From the NCBI GenBank assembly GCA_023819145.1, contig JAMWCW010000001.1:154474-218473 (forward strand): DNA of 64,000 bases, written 5' to 3'. Of the stretch, positions 40,028-48,969 are shown piece by piece (within the stretch, counting starts at the first letter, position 1; each line of letters begins with the position of its first letter). The notes beneath the pieces were generated by a model. It ran no database searches and had not been told where the DNA came from. It worked only from the letters and a program-made list of their open reading frames with translations. Source of the stretch: Candidatus Omnitrophota bacterium (lineage in GTDB: Bacteria; Omnitrophota; Gorgyraeia; DTHP01). Position numbers and translations under genes: made by a program.

Positions 40028-41172
40028 TGGTTAAAAATGAAAAAGTTTTTGTCCGCACTTTCGGCTGTCAGATGAATGTGCGCGATTCTGAGGTGATTGC
40101 CGGTTTACTAACCGCTAACAACTATACGCTCACCACTAACCCCCAGCAAGCCGATATTATCATATTTAACACCTGTTCTGTGCGTCAACATGCGGAAGAC
40201 AAAGTATGGTCAGAAATAGGGAAGTTTAAAAAAAAGCGAAATTCCCCGATGATTGGTCTTGTCGGTTGTATGGCACAGGTATATAAAGAGAAAATTTTTG
40301 AGCGTGTTCCGCAGGTAGATTTTGTAGTGGGTCCATCTGATATCCACAAAATTCCCGAAATAATCAGTAAACTATCCGCTATGCGCTGGCCGCTATACGC
40401 TACTAAAATCTGGGAGACCGGTGGAAACATTCGTCCTGAGGAAATATACCACAGCGGATTTTATGAGGATAAAGAGCATACTTATGTGATTATCTCCGAA
40501 GGTTGTTCCCATTATTGTTCCTATTGTATTGTGCCCTATGTTCGAGGCCCTCTAAGAAATCGGAACTATGCAGATATCATCAAGGAAATAGAAAAAGCAA
40601 TAGATAAAGGTATAACAAAGGTTACTCTTTTAGGTCAGAATGTAAACGCCTATCAATATAATGGCGTTAATTTCGTTAAATTCGTTAATATGGTTAATGC
40701 TGTTAAAGGATTGAAAGAATTCAGCTTTGTTACCTCACACCCTAAAGACACAACTTTAGAACTATTTAAGGCAATGCAAGATTTAGAAAAGTTAAAGAAG
40801 TACCTACACCTACCAGTGCAGTCGGGTTCGGATAGAATCCTAAAATTAATGAATAGAGGTTATACCCGAAAATTATATTTGGATTTAGTAGATAATTATC
40901 GTAAAATTGTTAAAAATGGCATATTAACCACCGATATTATTGTGGGTTTTCCCACAGAGAGTAAAGAGGATTTTCAGGAAACTTACAATTTAGTTAAAGA
41001 GATAGAATTTAATGCAGGTTTTATTTTTAAATATTCTCCTCGCCCCTATACCGAGGCAGAAAAATTGCCTGACGATGTTTCTAAAGAGGAGAAAGTGAGA
41101 AGACATAGATTGGTATTGGAATTGCAGAAGAGAATATCCCTAAATAAAAATGATAAAGCAGAGGCAAAGTAG
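40027..41172 (+). CDS. MiaB-like tRNA methylthiotransferase lacking the C-terminal TRAM domain
   Basis: MTTase N-domain (VRTFGCQMNVRDSE), radical SAM CSHYCSYC and a complete AdoMet core. The protein ends right after the core at 381 aa, with no TRAM. Confidence 0.75.
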   Translation: MVKNEKVFVRTFGCQMNVRDSEVIAGLLTANNYTLTTNPQQADIIIFNTCSVRQHAEDKVWSEIGKFKKKRNSPMIGLVGCMAQVYKEKIFERVPQVDFVVGPSDIHKIPEIISKLSAMRWPLYATKIWETGGNIRPEEIYHSGFYEDKEHTYVIISEGCSHYCSYCIVPYVRGPLRNRNYADIIKEIEKAIDKGITKVTLLGQNVNAYQYNGVNFVKFVNMVNAVKGLKEFSFVTSHPKDTTLELFKAMQDLEKLKKYLHLPVQSGSDRILKLMNRGYTRKLYLDLVDNYRKIVKNGILTTDIIVGFPTESKEDFQETYNLVKEIEFNAGFIFKYSPRPYTEAEKLPDDVSKEEKVRRHRLVLELQKRISLNKNDKAEAK

Positions 41173-41962
41173 AAATAGCTACCGAAACAAGCGCTTTTTT
41201 AGATTAATAATTATTCTTCTGTGTTTGATGATTTTTGTTTTATTGTGGAGAGATTTTTCTTGGGGAGAGGATTTTGATTATCTTTGGGAAAGTTTTCTTA
41301 AAGGTGATTATCATAAGGTAATCAATACTTCTGAAGGATTGGGGAGTAAAGGTACGCGTGATAAACTCAGTGCCGATTTTTATTATCTCTTAGGAATGAG
41401 TTATCTTCAGATAGGCGATTCTATTCTTGCACGCAATAATTTTAACTTTTTGCTGGAAAAATATGCCCAGAGTGAGTGGAGGGATTATGCCAAACTTGCT
41501 TTGGGAGATTCTTTCTTCATCGAGCATGATTTTACTAAAGCCGCAGAGTTTTATCAGAATTTTATAGAAAAAAATAAAAAATCTCCTCTTTTAAGTTTAG
41601 CCTACTTTAAACTTGCAGAAACAAAACGTAAACAAGGGCTATGGGAGGAGGCAAAAAAACTTTATGAGAAAATAAAATCCGTGTTTCCCCATTCCTTGGA
41701 AGCAAAATTATCCCGGGATATAATTTCCAATAATGAGTTTTTCTTCACTCTTCAGGTGGGTTCTTTCCTTAATAAAGAAAATGCAAACAAGTTGGTTGAG
41801 GAGCTAAATGCCCAGGATTTTCCTGCGTATCTCTCTGGAATTGCAAAATCGGGACAGGTTTATTACCGGGTGCGCGTAGGCAAGTTCTTAAATCGTTCCG
41901 AGTGTGAAAATACACGGAAGAGACTGATTAAAGCTGGATACACCCCTTATCTCTATCCTTGA
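41150..41962 (+). CDS. TPR-repeat protein with a C-terminal SPOR (peptidoglycan-binding) domain
   Basis: N-terminal TM, TPR-like helices, then a C-terminal FTLQVGSF...YYRVRVGKF...AGY SPOR signature. Confidence 0.6.
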   Translation: MIKQRQSRNSYRNKRFFRLIIILLCLMIFVLLWRDFSWGEDFDYLWESFLKGDYHKVINTSEGLGSKGTRDKLSADFYYLLGMSYLQIGDSILARNNFNFLLEKYAQSEWRDYAKLALGDSFFIEHDFTKAAEFYQNFIEKNKKSPLLSLAYFKLAETKRKQGLWEEAKKLYEKIKSVFPHSLEAKLSRDIISNNEFFFTLQVGSFLNKENANKLVEELNAQDFPAYLSGIAKSGQVYYRVRVGKFLNRSECENTRKRLIKAGYTPYLYP

Positions 41963-41976
41963 CATAAAAATATAAA

Positions 41977-42912
41977 ATGGCTCTCCTTGTTTTTTTAGTT
42001 GGTCCTACTGCGGTAGGTAAGACTGCTTTAGCTTTAGCACTTGCTCCCCTTATTGATGCCCAGATAGTTTCTTGTGACTCGATGCAAATCTATTCAGGTA
42101 TGGATATTGCTACTTCTAAACCCACTATCGCAGAAAGAGAGATTGTAAAGCATCATATGCTTGATGTGGTTTCCCCCCGGTGCGAATATTCGGTAGCGGA
42201 TTACCGCCGTGACGCTTTAAAGATTATAGAAGGGATAATCAATAACGGAAGAATTCCGCTTATTGTAGGAGGAAGTGGTCTGTATTTTAAGGCATTGTTA
42301 GATGGTATCTTTAACGGGCCATCCAAGGATACAGCTTTGCGCGAGAGTTTATATAAAGAGGCTAGTGAGAGGGGTAATGAATTTCTCTATGAGCGATTAA
42401 AAAAAATAGACCCCGCCACAGCGGAAAAGATTCATTCTCATGATTTAAGGCGAATAATAAGAGCCCTGGAAGTATATTATCTCACAGGAATGCCTATTTC
42501 CGTATTACGAAGACACACCACCGGTCTTTTTTCACACTACAAGACCGTTATCTATGGTTTAATCCGTCCGAAGAAAGAACTCTATCAAATTATAGATGAG
42601 AGAGTGGAAATGATGTTTGCAAGAGGGTTACTTCCTGAGATAGAGAGGTTGAAAAACATAAAGATTACGCCTATCGCTCAACAGTGCTTGGGTTATAGAG
42701 AAATAACCGCTTTTTTAGAAGGGAAAATTACTCTTGATGAGGCAAAAGAGTTATTAAAACGCCATACGCGGCAATTTGCTAAACGCCAGCTTACTTGGTT
42801 TCTTCGGGATAAGCGGATTAAATGGATTAACCTGGATAATTCTGTTGATATAAATACCTTGGCCAAAGAATTAGCCAACGAAATAAAACAATTTTCTCAT
42901 TTAACCATTTAA
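41977..42912 (+). CDS. miaA: tRNA dimethylallyltransferase
   Basis: GPTAVGKT P-loop and SCDSMQIYSGMDIATSKPT. Confidence 0.9.
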   Translation: MALLVFLVGPTAVGKTALALALAPLIDAQIVSCDSMQIYSGMDIATSKPTIAEREIVKHHMLDVVSPRCEYSVADYRRDALKIIEGIINNGRIPLIVGGSGLYFKALLDGIFNGPSKDTALRESLYKEASERGNEFLYERLKKIDPATAEKIHSHDLRRIIRALEVYYLTGMPISVLRRHTTGLFSHYKTVIYGLIRPKKELYQIIDERVEMMFARGLLPEIERLKNIKITPIAQQCLGYREITAFLEGKITLDEAKELLKRHTRQFAKRQLTWFLRDKRIKWINLDNSVDINTLAKELANEIKQFSHLTI

Positions 42913-42924
42913 CCATACTTCTAT

Positions 42925-44181
42925 ATGGAACGAGCAATTTTAGTAATTACCCATCTAAAACAGGAAAAAAAAGGCTGGGATCTTGAGGATGATGCCCAGG
43001 AATTGGAAGAGTTAACTTTGTCTTCAGGTGGCGAGGTGTTAGAAAAAATAACCGTGGAGATAAAAAAACCACATCCTGCCTATTTTATTGGACGGGGTAA
43101 GGTTCAAGAGATTGCCATTAGTGCTCAAAGAAACGGTGCAGAGGTGGTTATATTTAGCGATAATCTTTCTAGTACCCAGCAGAGAAACCTTGAAGAGATT
43201 ATTCAGGTTAAAACTATTGATAGGACACAGTTAATTCTTGATATATTTGCTCGTCATGCGCGGAGTATGGAAGGCAAGATTCAGGTGGAACTGGCGCAGT
43301 TAGAATATCTTTATCCTCGTCTTACGGGTAAAGGGATTATGCTTTCCCGTTTGGGAGGGGGCATTGGAACACGTGGACCGGGTGAACAAAAGTTGGAGGT
43401 TGACCGAAGGAGGATTAGGAAACGCATTGCCAAATTGAAAAATGATTTAGAGCTGATAAAATCAAGAAGAGATACGTTGAGAAAGAAAAGAAAAGAGCTT
43501 GATATTCCCCTTGTAGCGATCATTGGTTATACCAATGCTGGTAAAACCACTCTTCTCAATACCCTTACTGCCTCCCAGGAATTGGTGCAGAATAGTTTAT
43601 TCAGCACTCTTGATGCAGTTTCCCGAAGATACATTTTACCGGATAAACAAAGGATTCTCTTTATAGATACAGTGGGGTTCCTTCATAAGCTTCCCCATGG
43701 ACTCATTGAAGCATTCAAATCCACTTTAGAGGAGGTAAAAGAAGCAGATATTCTCTTACATGTTCTGGATATTTCTGACCCGCTGGCGCAAAAAAAGAAA
43801 GAAGCGGTTTATGAAGTTCTGTCAGAATTGGAAGCAATAGGCAAGCCGATTATTACTGCTCTGAATAAGATAGACAGATTGGAGAATAAGGAAGTTCTTG
43901 AGAATAAGCTTTCACGTTATGAAAATGCGGTAGCAGTTTCTGCGTTGTATGGGATGGGATTAGAACTGCTTATAAATAAAATCACCACTATCCTTAAATC
44001 CCGATTGGTTTCTCTAAAAATATTTCTTCCTTTAAAAGAAGCAAAATTTATTTCACTTATCCATCGAGAAGGAAGGGTCATTAAGGAAGAATATTCCCCT
44101 CAGGGGGTTTATCTTGAAGCAGAGATTCCTTGTTTGCTAAAAGAGCGCATTGTTTCCAGTTGGAAAAGTTTTGCAAAATAA
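42925..44181 (+). CDS. hflX: GTPase HflX
   Basis: HflX N-domain plus G-domain (GYTNAGKTTL, DTVGF, NKID). Confidence 0.9.
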   Translation: MERAILVITHLKQEKKGWDLEDDAQELEELTLSSGGEVLEKITVEIKKPHPAYFIGRGKVQEIAISAQRNGAEVVIFSDNLSSTQQRNLEEIIQVKTIDRTQLILDIFARHARSMEGKIQVELAQLEYLYPRLTGKGIMLSRLGGGIGTRGPGEQKLEVDRRRIRKRIAKLKNDLELIKSRRDTLRKKRKELDIPLVAIIGYTNAGKTTLLNTLTASQELVQNSLFSTLDAVSRRYILPDKQRILFIDTVGFLHKLPHGLIEAFKSTLEEVKEADILLHVLDISDPLAQKKKEAVYEVLSELEAIGKPIITALNKIDRLENKEVLENKLSRYENAVAVSALYGMGLELLINKITTILKSRLVSLKIFLPLKEAKFISLIHREGRVIKEEYSPQGVYLEAEIPCLLKERIVSSWKSFAK

Positions 44182-44208
44182 AGCAACATTTTGTATAATA
44201 TTTCACCC

Positions 44209-44817
44209 ATGAAGATAAAGACCATAATTTTTGACTTGGGAAATGTTTTGATTAGATTTAGCCATTCTATCGCGGCAAAGAAACTTACTCAGTATAGTCC
44301 CTATAGTCACGAAGAAATTCATAATCTTATTTTTGATTCAAACATTGTTTCCCGTTACGAGACAGGGAAGATAAAGACAAAAGATTTCTTTTTCCGCCTT
44401 AAGAAACTTCTAAAACTAAACATCGGTTATCTTGAATTACGCAGAATCTGGAATGAGATTTTCTTTGCTAATCCCCCTGTAGAGCTGATTGTTAAGAAAT
44501 TGAAGGGGAGATACCGTTTGATTTTGCTTTCTAACATAAACTATTCCCATTTTGCTTATATCAAAGAGAAATTCCCGGTGGTAGGAGAATTTGACCGGAT
44601 CATTCTTTCTTATCGGGTGGGTTTCAGGAAACCACATCCTTTGATATACAAGAAGGCAATAGAAGTGAGCAATTGTTTGCCTGGGGAGATTCTCTATATT
44701 GATGACCGTGTGGATTTGGTTTCCGCAGCCCTTGTGTTGGGGATAAATGCGCTATGTTTTAGGACAGTGGGAGAGTTAAAGAAAGCAATGGGACGATTGG
44801 GAGTAAATAGCTTATAA
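44209..44817 (+). CDS. HAD-superfamily hydrolase
   Basis: IIFDLGNVL (motif I DxG), LLSNIN (motif II) and a K...DD motif III/IV. Confidence 0.6.
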   Translation: MKIKTIIFDLGNVLIRFSHSIAAKKLTQYSPYSHEEIHNLIFDSNIVSRYETGKIKTKDFFFRLKKLLKLNIGYLELRRIWNEIFFANPPVELIVKKLKGRYRLILLSNINYSHFAYIKEKFPVVGEFDRIILSYRVGFRKPHPLIYKKAIEVSNCLPGEILYIDDRVDLVSAALVLGINALCFRTVGELKKAMGRLGVNSL

Positions 44818-44823
44818 AAAGAT

Positions 44824-45258
44824 ATGGATATTGAGTTCTACAAAAAAATTAAAGAGATACTAAAAGTTGATCCCCGTTATAAAATTTCTGCCTATGAATT
44901 TTTATTTCAGGCGCTTTTCTATACTCAGACAAAATTGAATCGGCGCGGTCATGTTACGGGGAAAGAACTTCTGGAGGGGATAAAAGAGTATGCAGTAGAG
45001 CAGTTTGGGCCACTGGCTCAAAGTGTTCTTGAAGATTGGGGAGTAGAAAAAACCGATGATTTTGGAGAAATAGTTTTTAGCTTAATAGATAAGGGGTTGC
45101 TTAAGAAGACCGAAGAAGACTCGCTTGAGGATTTTAAAGGAGTATACGATTTTCAAGAAGCATTTAATGAGGAATATAAAAAACGACTGCGGGAGGAAAT
45201 TAAGCGTGTCCTCAGTATATCGGAGTATCCTTCAAAGAAGGACGATAAGAAGCTTTAA
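44824..45258 (+). CDS. Hypothetical small acidic protein
   Basis: ORF with no recognised domain. Confidence 0.4.
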   Translation: MDIEFYKKIKEILKVDPRYKISAYEFLFQALFYTQTKLNRRGHVTGKELLEGIKEYAVEQFGPLAQSVLEDWGVEKTDDFGEIVFSLIDKGLLKKTEEDSLEDFKGVYDFQEAFNEEYKKRLREEIKRVLSISEYPSKKDDKKL

Positions 45259-45826
45259 ATCCAAGAAAATTCCTCGCTCTATTTTGAGAAAATTGGTAAA
45301 TGCCGGCAGGCTTGCTCCCTCCGCCGCCAATCTGCAACCTTTGGAATTTCTGGTGGTAGACAAGAAAAAACTTTCCCAAAGCATTTTCCCTTTTCTTAAT
45401 TGGGCAGGCTATATCTCACCTTATGGAACACCACCCCAGCATAAAAGGCCGGTTAGTTATATTTTGATTCTTGTCAATAAAAGGAAGGAAAATCCCCAAT
45501 ATAGTCCTTACGATGTGGGAGCTGCTGTGGAGAACATTATTCTTACTGCTTGGGAGTTAGGGATAGGAGTTTGCTGGATTAAGTCGATGCAGAAAGAAAA
45601 AATCTCTTCCTTATTTAATTTACCTGATTATCTAAATTTGGATTCTGTGCTTGCTTTAGGTTATCGCGATGAGATGCCGAGGTTAGAGGTATTGAAAGAT
45701 TCGGTAAAATACTGGAAAGACAAGTTTGGTCGGCTCCATGTACCCAAGCGTAAATTATCCGAAGTTTTGCATATAAATCGGATGGAAAGAGGAGAAAGCG
45801 ATTTCTATTTCTTAACGGAGAGATAA
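45205..45826 (+). CDS. Nitroreductase-family protein
   Basis: RRTIRSF...APSAANLQP signature. Probable GTG start inside an overlap with the upstream ORF. The exact start is uncertain. Confidence 0.65.
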
Positions 45827-45870
45827 TTTTTGGTATTTTCTTTAACTCTTTAACTAATATACGCTTATCT

Positions 45871-46542
45871 ATGACGAGAGTAATTTTTGATATTGAGACG
45901 ATCGGAGAAGATTTTGAGAATCTCGATGAGACCTCCAAGGAGTATATGCTTAAATATTCTGAGACCGAGGAAGACAAAGAGTCAGTGCGTCAGTCTTTGG
46001 GTTTTTATCCGCTTACGGGTGAAATCGTGGCTATTGGCATGCTCAATCCAGACACAGACAAAGGGGTAGTGTATTTCCAAGCACCGGGGACAGAATTAAC
46101 AAGATTAGTTGAAGACAATGTAGAATTTGTGCAGGGAGATGAGCAAGAAATCCTTATGCAATTCTGGCAGACCATAAGGCGCTATGACCAATTTATTACC
46201 TTTAACGGGAGAAGTTTTGATTGTCCTTATATTATGATTCGTTCTGCGATTCACAAAATAAAACCCACGCGGAATCTCATGCCTTATCGTTATGACTCCA
46301 AAGAACACATTGATTTACTGGACTTATTTACTTTTTACGGAGCAGTAAGAAAGAGATTCAGTTTACATATGTGGTGCAGAGCCTTTGGCATAAAAAGCCC
46401 TAAAGAAGAAGGCATCACCGGCGATACAGTTAAGGATTTCTTTAAGGAGAAGAAATTTTTAGAAATCGCACGGTATTGTTTAGGAGATTTATACGCCACC
46501 AAAGAACTCTATTTTTACTGGGATAAATACATCAAGGTCTAA
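45871..46542 (+). CDS. Predicted 3'-5' exonuclease, RNase H-like (PolB-exo-related, DEDD)
   Basis: FDIETIG (exo I), FNGRSFDCPYI (exo II) and YCLGDLYAT (exo III with Tyr). Confidence 0.6.
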   Translation: MTRVIFDIETIGEDFENLDETSKEYMLKYSETEEDKESVRQSLGFYPLTGEIVAIGMLNPDTDKGVVYFQAPGTELTRLVEDNVEFVQGDEQEILMQFWQTIRRYDQFITFNGRSFDCPYIMIRSAIHKIKPTRNLMPYRYDSKEHIDLLDLFTFYGAVRKRFSLHMWCRAFGIKSPKEEGITGDTVKDFFKEKKFLEIARYCLGDLYATKELYFYWDKYIKV

Positions 46543-46560
46543 AATTTCTTTCCAGAATAA

Positions 46561-47640
46561 ATGGATAAGTCTATTGTTTTTTTTATTCCTGCAGAGCAAA
46601 GCAAAGACATAGAGCGTTTGGGATATCTTTTAAAAGTCCTTATCAAAGAGAGTGAATTGCTTGAGGATACCGAGAAGCATTCCTTGGTTGCCATAAAGCT
46701 TACCTTTGGGGAAAAAGACAATAAGGGTTTTCTTGATCCACGTTTGGTAAAAATTATTGTGGAGAGATTAAAAAAAAAGGGAGCAAAACCTTTTCTCACC
46801 GATACCAATGTAATTTATCCGGGAAAGAGAACCAATGCCGTAGACCATTTAGAGCTTGCTTCTGGGCATGGTTTTAGCTGGGAGGCATTAAATTGTCCAC
46901 TTTTTATCGGCGATGGTCTTCTGGGTGAGAGTAGTCGTGAGTTGGAGATAGATAAGAAGCATATTAAAAGTGCCCACATCGCCCCTTTTATTTTTTATAT
47001 AGAGCATTTAATTTCCCTTGCTCATTTTACAGGACATCTGCTTACCGGTTTTGGAGCGACATTAAAGAATCTGGGAATGGGTCTTGCTACCCGTAAGGGA
47101 AAATTGCAACTGCATGCCAATATCAAACCTAAGGTTATCGCTAAGAATTGCCGTTTTTGCAAACTTTGCATCGCAAACTGTCCAACGAAGGCAATTGTCG
47201 AGAAAGAGAATTTTTGTTTCATCCAAGAAGAACGATGTTTAGGTTGTGGCGAGTGTTTGGTAGCCTGTAAATTTAATGCTATCGAAGTTGACTATGGTGA
47301 AGAGGTCAATATTCTTTGTGAGAAGATAATAGAGTATGCCTATGCAGTTTTAAAAGGTGTAAAAAGAAAGGCATTTTTTAATTTTCTGGTGCATATTACC
47401 AAAGAATGCGATTGTATGGCTAAAGACGACCCTTTAGTTATTCCCGACATCGGCATTTTAGCTTCTACTGACCCTGTAGCCGTCGACAAGGCAGGAGTGG
47501 ATTTAGCAAGAGAGAAGGCAGGGAGAGATATTTTTAAAGAGTTACATCCCAAATCTGCACGATGCGAAATTCAATTAGAATATGCCCAAAATATTGGATT
47601 AGGAAGTTTAGATTATGAATTAATAACTTTAAAATCATAG
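46561..47640 (+). CDS. DUF362-domain protein with 2x[4Fe-4S] ferredoxin insert
   Basis: CRFCKLCIANCP and CLGCGECLVAC clusters inside a DUF362 scaffold. Confidence 0.7.
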   Translation: MDKSIVFFIPAEQSKDIERLGYLLKVLIKESELLEDTEKHSLVAIKLTFGEKDNKGFLDPRLVKIIVERLKKKGAKPFLTDTNVIYPGKRTNAVDHLELASGHGFSWEALNCPLFIGDGLLGESSRELEIDKKHIKSAHIAPFIFYIEHLISLAHFTGHLLTGFGATLKNLGMGLATRKGKLQLHANIKPKVIAKNCRFCKLCIANCPTKAIVEKENFCFIQEERCLGCGECLVACKFNAIEVDYGEEVNILCEKIIEYAYAVLKGVKRKAFFNFLVHITKECDCMAKDDPLVIPDIGILASTDPVAVDKAGVDLAREKAGRDIFKELHPKSARCEIQLEYAQNIGLGSLDYELITLKS

Positions 47641-47653
47641 AAAGGAGGTAAAC

Positions 47654-48343
47654 GTGTTTTTCCTTATCTTTAAGACAGTATTGTTTTTTTTCTTTCTCGT
47701 AAATAGCGTATCAGCCGCCCCTACCTGTGGCACGATTGTCCCTGGGAGGAATAAGTTCCAGTGGGGATTAGCGATTAATTCTATCCAGAAATACAGAATG
47801 AAGGGGGCGGTAAATAAGATAGATTTTAAAAGCAATCAGGCGTTTTTAACCCTTGCTTACGGAATTCTTAATAAACTTGTTTTGGACGGAAAATTGGGAA
47901 TTGGCTCTATCAAAAATGATTATGTAAATAACAACGACTTTGATTACGATACCGGATGGGGAGGGGGTTATGGCTTGAGATTTAAACTTTATGAAAATGA
48001 AAACCAAAAGACAAAAATAATTTTGGGTGCACATCATATAAGTATTCATCCTCCTGATGAAGAGTTAAATTCCGTTGAGTATAAAACCATATTAGATGAC
48101 AACCAGTTTGATGCCCTTTTCTCTAAAGATTATGACTTTGGTACCCCTTATGTGGGTCTGAAATTATCCCGCAGTAGGCTCTTGCGTCGGGATAATAACG
48201 GGAATAGTTCCTTTCACTCACCCTGGAAGATAGGAGTGGTTTTTGGTTATGATAGAGAAGTTTCCCAAAACACTTTTCTTAATCTGGAGATGCGTTTTAT
48301 TGATGAGATCTCCTTTAGCCTTGGGCTTTCTCGTCTATTTTAG
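47654..48343 (+). CDS. Small predicted outer-membrane beta-barrel protein
   Basis: GTG start after AAGGAGGT. Signal peptide, alternating hydrophobic pattern and a C-terminal ...LSRLF. Confidence 0.4.
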   Translation: MFFLIFKTVLFFFFLVNSVSAAPTCGTIVPGRNKFQWGLAINSIQKYRMKGAVNKIDFKSNQAFLTLAYGILNKLVLDGKLGIGSIKNDYVNNNDFDYDTGWGGGYGLRFKLYENENQKTKIILGAHHISIHPPDEELNSVEYKTILDDNQFDALFSKDYDFGTPYVGLKLSRSRLLRRDNNGNSSFHSPWKIGVVFGYDREVSQNTFLNLEMRFIDEISFSLGLSRLF

Positions 48344-48421
48344 CACTTGACAAATTTTAGGACTATGTTATAATTTTAATAGAAAAACTTAAGGCAAGTT
48401 AGCTTCTAAACTTCCCAAGAA

Positions 48422-48850
48422 ATGGCTATTTATTGTTGTCCTAAATGTGAACTGTGGAATTCTTGCTCTACCAAGTGGCTCCGCTCAGAGAAAGGTGAGG
48501 AGAATCTTTGTTGTAGTTCCTGTTCCGCTTATAAAGATTGCCTCAGAAAAGACATCGAAAAACTTCTGGAAGAAAAAGCAGTAAAAATTGATTGGCTAAG
48601 AGAGCAGTTGGATGAGGCGATCAATCCCGAAACAATAGTTTCCTCGGAAAATATCTACGGTTTAAATCTACGCGATTTTAAAGCCTTTGTGGCTAACTAT
48701 GCGCTTACAGGTTTCTGGATACTTCTTGGTCTGGAAACAAAGTTGTTACAGCAGAGTATTCTTTATACCATCTCCATTATTCCTTGCCTTCTCGTCTTTT
48801 GGATAATTTTGAGAAAGGTGCAGAAATCCGTATCCATAGCAAAAGCTTAA
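48422..48850 (+). CDS. Cys-rich (CxxC x3) membrane-anchored hypothetical protein
   Basis: CCPKCE...CCSSCSAYKDC N-terminus and two C-terminal TM helices. Confidence 0.4.
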   Translation: MAIYCCPKCELWNSCSTKWLRSEKGEENLCCSSCSAYKDCLRKDIEKLLEEKAVKIDWLREQLDEAINPETIVSSENIYGLNLRDFKAFVANYALTGFWILLGLETKLLQQSILYTISIIPCLLVFWIILRKVQKSVSIAKA

Positions 48851-48969
48851 ATTCTCAAATTCTCAATTTCTTAATTTTATAATTTTATTTTTACCATTGC
48901 ATATTTTTATTTTTTGTGTTAACATTACATTCCTAAATTTAAAGAATATTTTTTAAAAAGGAGGTAGAG

